A stretch of DNA of 64,000 nt from Amoebidium appalachense (lineage: Eukaryota > Protista > Ichthyosporea). The notes below the pieces were generated by a model that made no database searches, was not told where the DNA came from, and saw only the letters and a program-made list of their open reading frames with translations. The position numbers were made by a program, and so were the translations under genes. The stretch spans positions 894,595 to 958,594 of the forward strand of contig CAVNZM010000016.1 in the NCBI GenBank assembly GCA_963693365.1, given 5' to 3'. Positions 57,607-64,000 of this stretch are shown in pieces; the first letter of the stretch is position 1, and each line of letters opens with the position of its first letter.

Positions 57607-59305
57607 TGATGCCTTCTGTGTATGTGTGTGGTGGTGGTGGTGGTTGGGTGCGTGTGGCGGGGATTAGTCGAGGTGCCCAGGTGCATGCATGCGTGGGGGG
57701 GGGGGGGATAGCCCAGGTGCATGCGTGCGTGCAGACGTGTGATCCCTTCCGTGTGTGTGCGGGGAGAGGGGGGATAGCCCAGGTGCATGCGTGCGTGCAG
57801 ACGTGTGATCCCTTCCGTGTGTGTGCGGGGAGAGGGGGGATAGCCCAGGTGCATGCGTGCGTGCAGACGTGTGATCCCTTCCGTGTGTGTGCGGGGAGAG
57901 GGGGGATAGCCCAGGTGCATGCGTGCGTGCAGACGTGTGATCCCTTCCGTGTGTGTGCGGGGAGAGGGGGGATAGCCCAGGTGCATGCGTGCGTGCAGAC
58001 GTGTGATCCCTTCCGTGTGTGTGCGGGGAGAGGGGGGATAGCCCAGGTGCATGCGTGCGTGCAGACGTGTGATCCCTTCCGTGTGTGTGCGGGGAGAGGG
58101 GGGATAGCCCAGGTGCATGCGTGCGTGCAGACGTGTGATCCCTTCCGTGTGTGTGCGGGGAGAGGGGGGATAGCCCAGGTGCATGCGTGCGTGCAGACGT
58201 GTGATCCCTTCCGTGTGTGTGCGGGGAGAGGGGGGATAGCCCAGGTGCATGCGTGCGTGCAGACGTGTAATGGCTTGTGTGTTGGGGGGGGGGGTTTACC
58301 CGGCCTGAAATCCCAAGGAGATGGGTTGCGGGTGTGGCGGTAGCCCTCTGCCCCCTCTGCCCCTCCCTCTCCTCCCCCCTCTACCTCCAAATCTCCCCCC
58401 TCCCCACCCCCACCCTCTCCCTCTCCCTCCCCCTCTCCCCCTTCTCTCTCTCCCTCATCTCCCCCCTCCCCACCCTCTCCCTCTCCCTCCCCCTCTCCCC
58501 CTTCTCTCTCTCCCTCATCTCCCCCCTCCCCACCCTCTCCCTCTCCCTCCCCCTCTCCCCCTTCTCTCTCTCCCTCATCTCCCCCCTCCCCACCCTCTCC
58601 CTCTCCCTCCCCCTCTCCCCCTTCTCTCTCTCCCTCATCTCCCCCCTCCCCACCCTCTCCCTCTCCCACCCCCTCTCCCCCCTCCACTCTTGCCCGCTTT
58701 CTCGGTCGGTCACTCGTCGGTGCAGGTAGCTTGAAAGCGGGGCTGCCTGGGGGGCTACGTGCAGCCCCATCCCACCACACTTTCCATCCGTGCTTTTTGA
58801 ACATGCGACAAATCTGGAACTCCCCCGGCAAAGTACCCACCACGGCAGGTATGCGACTGTAGTCGTTACTGCCAGGATACAGAGAAATGCGACCGAGCTT
58901 CACCGCCCAACCCTCACTCGAAAACGGATGATAGCTGTGAAGATCATAAATCTTCCATCGAGGACCACCAAATCTGAGAATCCAGGCTACAACTGCCGGG
59001 ATGCCCATGTCGTTTTCGAATTTGTGTAGGTTGTAGTTCTTCCTGCAACTAGGACGTCCGTCGTCCAGTTCAATCAAAAAAACATAAACATGTTCTGAAC
59101 CCGTTGGCATCACCAAATATATGATCGGTGCGAGTTTTTTTTTTTGAGGATGACGATAAATACTCTGACGTGTGAGTAGCCTTTCACCGGTAAATATAAC
59201 TGACGGATCAACGTCGTTCGAAAGCCTAAATGTGGGTGGGTCGAGTGGTATGGTGCTCGGGAATGCACGAGTGATGAGCGCCAGAATATTGCCGTTAACA
59301 GCCAT
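53985..59305 (-). CDS. Spliced KDM4-like JmjC histone demethylase (exons ~59305-58300, 57427-57093, 57051-56909, 55411-55305, 55092-54888, 54697-54460, last exon(s) to ~53985)
   Basis: GT-AG splicing gives EGISTPMLYN-VTTGGPFVPHTEDVLLGSVN...KSWY...ICKKVTQHK-SVFIHP...QQAGEVIYTLPGAYHFGY...AEAVNFATVNWL...CTC. The Fe ligands H-x-E...H and the KDM4-type Zn ligands are present. Two homopolymer frame corrections are needed. Confidence 0.85.
55440..56900. repeat. Intronic minisatellite (~45/68-bp units)
   Basis: cacaacatgcaccctctgctgcacacacacgaatacacccatgccta is repeated more than 20 times. Confidence 0.95.
57700..58270. repeat. Intronic 66-bp tandem repeat (~8.5 copies)
   Basis: gggatagcccaggtgcatgcgtgcgtgcagacgtgtgatcccttccgtgtgtgtgcggggagag is repeated. 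Confidence 0.95.
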
Positions 59306-59420
59306 GTTGCTGTGTGTGTTTTTGTGATGTGTGTAATTGTGAGCACCCTCTGCCTGTAAGACTGTCTGTGAGAGCGCTCTGTCTGTGTGCTTGTGCCACC
59401 GTGTTGTAGCGCTCGTGCTT

Positions 59421-59538
<118 letters not shown>

Positions 59539-59838
59539 AATCGTTCCTAGGAAAGCTCGTGCATGCGCGCGCTATGTTTTTTGTGTCCAGTCTAACAATG
59601 TTTGTGTTTAGCAGAACTCGTTTGTGTGTGTGCTCTGTTTTCGTATCCCAAACAATCTACGATTGTGTGCATAAGCCTAAAATGTGCCTCGCACAGGGAA
59701 ACATGAAGGAAATTCTATGTATCTGTATTGGCTAAAAAAGGGGACAACTGATAGCGCGGTGTGCACAGGTTATTATAACAAGTTTCTTTGTTGTTTTCGT
59801 TCTGTTTTTGGCAATCTAGCCTATTTGTAATTACAATG

Positions 59839-60105
59839 GAAACATGTACAACAGCAGCGCCGGGCGAAAGTGACACGAACTGGTGTGGTGCGCTTGATTA
59901 TGTTTGAAACATGCACAACAGCAGCGCTGGGCGAAAGTGACACGAACTGATGTGGTGCGCCTGATTACGTTTGAAACATGCACAACAGCAGCGCTGGGCG
60001 AAAGTGACACGAATTGGTGTGGCGCGCTTGGTTATGTTTGAAACATGTACAACAGCAGCGCCGGGCGAAAGTAACACGAACTGGTGTGGTGCGCTTGGTT
60101 ATATT
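59839..60105. repeat. 67-bp tandem repeat (4 copies) in the divergent intergenic region
   Basis: gaaacatg(t/c)acaacagcagcgc(c/t)gggcgaaagtgacacgaa... starts at 59839, 59906, 59973 and 60040. Confidence 0.9.
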
Positions 60106-60229
60106 TGTTCGTTCGGGAATCAAGATGGACTCTTGTAATTTCTCTGTTGTATATAGAGCGCAAAGAGAGTGTTGAACATATATTCTCATTTCGCAAAGCT
60201 TGAAGCAAGCAAGAAAATCACGTTTTTGA

Positions 60230-60940
60230 TGACTGGCCAATTAATGTTTTGTTCAGTTTGGCCAATGGAATCACTGATTGGCGCGTACGTGATAATAAGC
60301 TAATCAGTGAGATCGGCTAATAATAGTTTGGGTAGCAAGGCCAGCCTGCCCAACCAAGACCCTTTTGCAAGTAACAATTGTGATTTATTCTAATAGGCAA
60401 TAAATATTAAAAAAGCATAATTTATTTATGTTTATTTATACTTTACGCGGACACAGACATTTGCTTGGAATTTTGTTTGGAAAGGGTCCTGTGAATCTGG
60501 TCTTCGAAAAGCGTTGCAGCCTTGAGTCACGGTGTATTGACCAACTAGATTGTACCAATGCCGATAAGCGCTTGCCTAGAGTACCAGTGCCCGATCACGT
60601 TGACCCAACCACTATTCACCAATCACCGATTGGTTTTGTTGGCTGGCGCATTTACGTGATGACTGGCCAATGAAATTAGTGACTGATAGCAGCACCGACC
60701 CTGGAGCGTTTTGACTTTCCCAACTGAGCAAGGAATAAGGGAAATCCTAAAAGAGGGTTGTATGTTTTATGACATATAAGGTTCTATAAATAAACAACCA
60801 TGCGCTTGGGATTTTGGTTGGAAAGCGTTTTGTATTTGCCCCATTTGAATCCGATGCTTCGATTTCGGTCAATCAGAATACCCTGAGCATCAGCGCCGCG
60901 AATCACGTGGGGCAAGAACCAACCCTATGCACCAATCAAA
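60230..60940. promoter_or_regulatory. CCAAT-box-rich putative bidirectional promoter
   Basis: Many CCAAT/ATTGG and CACGT motifs between divergent genes starting at 59305 (-) and 61592 (+). Confidence 0.45.
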
Positions 60941-61591
60941 ACGCTTGCACGTAAAAAGGTCCGCGAATAAGATGTTGTGAAAGCGTATATCCTTCGATGT
61001 TTTAAACTAGCGCTCGTTTTGTCCTGTATATTATATTTTTATTTCGTATATTCACCTTTTTTATACAGTTTACCTGTGAACCAAACACGATTAGAGATAT
61101 ATTCACTAACAGCGCCAAAAAGTTCTGTTTTTCTTATGCTTGATTCTCGTAACATAAGATCGTATTTTGCGCAATGGCTTCATATAAATAATTGATGGCG
61201 GTTTTTTTATATCAGTTCACAGCGCTGTCATTTTCTACTTTTCTGATTCTTTTGTTCATGGCTGTGTTTGCACACGACGGTGTTTGCCTAGAGAAACGTA
61301 ACACTCTCTTTTTTTTTTCTTTTTCTCTTGTTCACGACTGGGTTTGCACAGGACTGTGTTTGCGCAGAGAAACGTAACACTCTTTTTTTTACTTTTTCCT
61401 TTGTTCACAACAGAGAATCGTATTCGTAGCACTTTCTTTTTTTTTTTTTCCTTTTTCCCTTGTTTTTTTTTTTTTCCTTTTTCCCTTGTTCACGACTGGG
61501 TTTGCACACGACTGTGTTTGCGCAGAGAAACGTAAGACTTCCTTTCTTTTTTTCCCTTTGTTTATCCTTTTTTTTTGTGAAAACTGTCACG

Positions 61592-63024
61592 ATGGATTAT
61601 TCCCAGCAAACTCCCGGGTCGGGGTCATACGAAACCAACATCAGCAAGTCCGCCGACCCCGTCACATCGGAAGTCCCCCCCCCATCCAACCCCCCCCCAC
61701 ACTCCGGCGGCGAAGTCCCCCCCCCATCCAACCCCCCCCCACACTCCGGCGGCGAAGTCCCCCCCCCATCCAACCCCCCCCCACACTCCGGCGGCGAAGT
61801 CCCCCCCCATCCAACCCCCCCCCCACACTCCGGCGGCGAAGTCCCCCCCCATCCAACCCCCCCCCCACACTCCGGCGGCGAAGTCCCCCCCCCATCCAAC
61901 CCCCCCCACACTCCGGCGGCGAAGTCCCCCCCCCCATCCAACCCCCCCCCACACTCCGGCGACACTGCTCCCGTCGATCCAAAAATGTTCGAAGAGTACT
62001 TGGAGACTGTGTTGCAGTCGAAAGTAGACAGTGCCATTGCCTCTGCATTGGCAAAGGTCGGTACTGCGGCCACTGCACCCGCTGTCACCACCCCAACCAC
62101 CGAATTGCAGGAGAAGCTGGAAGCCGCAGAGAAAGAATTACAAACGAAGGATCACGACATCCAAATCCTTAAGGGGGAAATTGCCGAGCTAAAATCGGCG
62201 GCGGCCAAACAAAAACACTTTGCAGATGCAAAGGAACAGGTGTTATCGGCAAAGAATCGGGACCTCGAAGGGCAGCTTGTTGGAAAGGTGGCCGATATCC
62301 TGGAGCATCAGGCTGAAGGGGAAAGATACCGGGCCGAGATTACCAAGCTTCAGTCACACATTGCGACCATGAGGGAATCATACCGTAGAACAATCGACGA
62401 GAGCACACAGAAACTTCGTGGGTGGAAAGATGACCCCCAGCCCCTCCCCGACATTACCGTCCAACACGGTCTCGCCCCCCCCCCTCCCCCCCCCCTGGTA
62501 CGACCAATCAAAATCCCACCCCCACCCTCCCCCCGCCCGGTACCACTCAACCCAAAACCCCCCTCAACCTCCCCCTGCCCCTTCTCGCCCACCCCCCGCT
62601 CGGTTTCCCCTCTGTCATGCCCGTACCCCCCTTCAATCCGTCCCTCGCCACCGTTACCAGCACTCCTGCACCTTTTTCCCAATCCCGCACTTTTGGTGCC
62701 TCTCTTCCCTCCATGATGTCGAACCCCTCTGCATATCCCCAGGGTTCAAAGAGAGGAGTGCCAGATATTTCTTTCGGTGTGTACAAACGGCACCGCCAGG
62801 AAGAGACGGCATTTGAGACGGCAATAGATGAGGAATTGGAGGACATGATGGGTATGGGCGAGAAGGTCGAGGGGAAGAAAGGGAAAGAAAGTGGTCGAGC
62901 AAAGAAACCAAAACCGAGTCAGAAACCAGCCCCTGCCCGCAGTGGCAGGACACGAGCAAAGAAAGTTTCAGATATACATGTTATTCACGGGGACAGTGAT
63001 GAACACGAAGACGAACAAGATTAG
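61592..63024 (+). CDS. Hypothetical protein: 42-bp Pro-rich repeats, coiled coil and charged tail; frameshifts in C-runs
   Basis: EVPPPSNPPPHSGG x~7 and a heptad region ELQEKLEAAEKEL...; continues in ORF 62617-63024. Confidence 0.65.
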
Positions 63025-63324
63025 GAGGTTGGGAGTGGTGAGGGGTGTGTTTTGATTTTGTTGTATGTGTCAGGGGCTGGGTATGGCCACAGGGGCTGGC
63101 TGATGTATTTTAATATATGACTGTTGATACTGGTAGCACCATGTAGGCATCTTGTTTTTCTGGTTCTGGATGGTTTAGTATTTGTGGTTATTATATATGT
63201 ACAAGTCTTCTGGATGGTTTAGTATCTTGTGGTTATTATATATGTACAAGTCTTGTTTTGCTGTTTTCAACCGATTAAATATCGATTGTATACAAAGAAG
63301 TCCAGGTCCCTTTTGGTACACACT

Positions 63325-63674
63325 TGCATGCACGTTCAAAGTCTCCCCCCCCCCCCCTCCCCCCCACCCCACACTCCCCTCCCCATGCATGCATGCCCGT
63401 GTGGCACACAGTTTGTGTGCTTTCATAAGTCTATTGCATGCACGTTCAAAGTCTCCCTCCCCCCCCCCACCCCACACTCCCTCCCCATGCATGCATGCCC
63501 GTGTGGCACACAGTTTGTGTGCTTTCATAAGTCTATGCACGTTCAAAGTCTCCCCCCCCCCCCCCCCCCACCCCCCCCCCCCCCCCCCCCCCACCCCACA
63601 CTCCCTCCCCATGCATGCATGCCCGTGTGGCACACAGTTTGTGTGCTTTCATAAGTCTATGCACGTTCAAAGTC

Positions 63675-63716
<42 letters not shown>

Positions 63717-63898
63717 ACCCCACACTCCCTCCCCACGCATGCATGCCCGTGTGGCACACAGTTTGTGTGCTTTCATAAGTCTATGCACGTTCAAAGTCTC
63801 CCCCCCCCCACCCCCCACCCCACACTCCCTCCCCATGCATGCATGCCCGTGTGGCACACAGTTTGTGTGCTTTCATAAGTCTATGCACGTTCAAAGTC

Positions 63899-63935
<37 letters not shown>

Positions 63936-64000
63936 ACCCCACACTCCCTCCCATGCATGCATGCCCGTGTGGCACACAGTTTGTGTGCTTTCATAAGTCT
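63325..64000. repeat. ~110-124-bp tandem repeat with variable poly-C
   Basis: tgcacgttcaaagtctc(c)n...atgcatgcccgtgtggcacacagtttgtgtgctttcataagtcta is repeated to the window end. Confidence 0.95.

Overview
Eukaryotic genomic DNA, probably from a holozoan and possibly a unicellular one (inference). The sequence is full of (CA)n/(GA)n microsatellites and poly-G/C tracts. It contains a gene-dense, largely microsatellite-free, intronless block from about 20.3 kb to 47.2 kb, with further virus-like genes out to about 53.1 kb, that reads as an endogenized large DNA virus (Nucleocytoviricota-like). Recognisable viral-type products are a RuvC/poxvirus A22-type Holliday junction resolvase, an SF3 (D5/DUF5906-like) helicase with an unusual Rep-like N-terminus, a Nudix hydrolase, two BRO-N/KilA-like proteins, two putative cysteine proteases, a minor-capsid-like protein, an amino-methyltransferase, two PD-(D/E)XK nucleases, two ADP-ribosyltransferase-like proteins, an aquaporin and a C2H2 zinc-finger protein. 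I could not recognise a major capsid protein, packaging ATPase, DNA polymerase or integrase. Non-coding structure includes an iteron-like cluster just downstream of the helicase, two homologous repeat regions about 20 kb apart, direct repeats around the methyltransferase, and inverted 50-bp arrays around an orphan gene. Host-type genes include a Vestigial/VGLL4-like protein with six TDU motifs (3.9-5.8 kb) and a spliced KDM4-like JmjC demethylase (54-59.3 kb). Many apparent frameshifts fall in G/C homopolymers and may be sequencing errors. All product calls come from motifs recognised by eye; no database searches were run.
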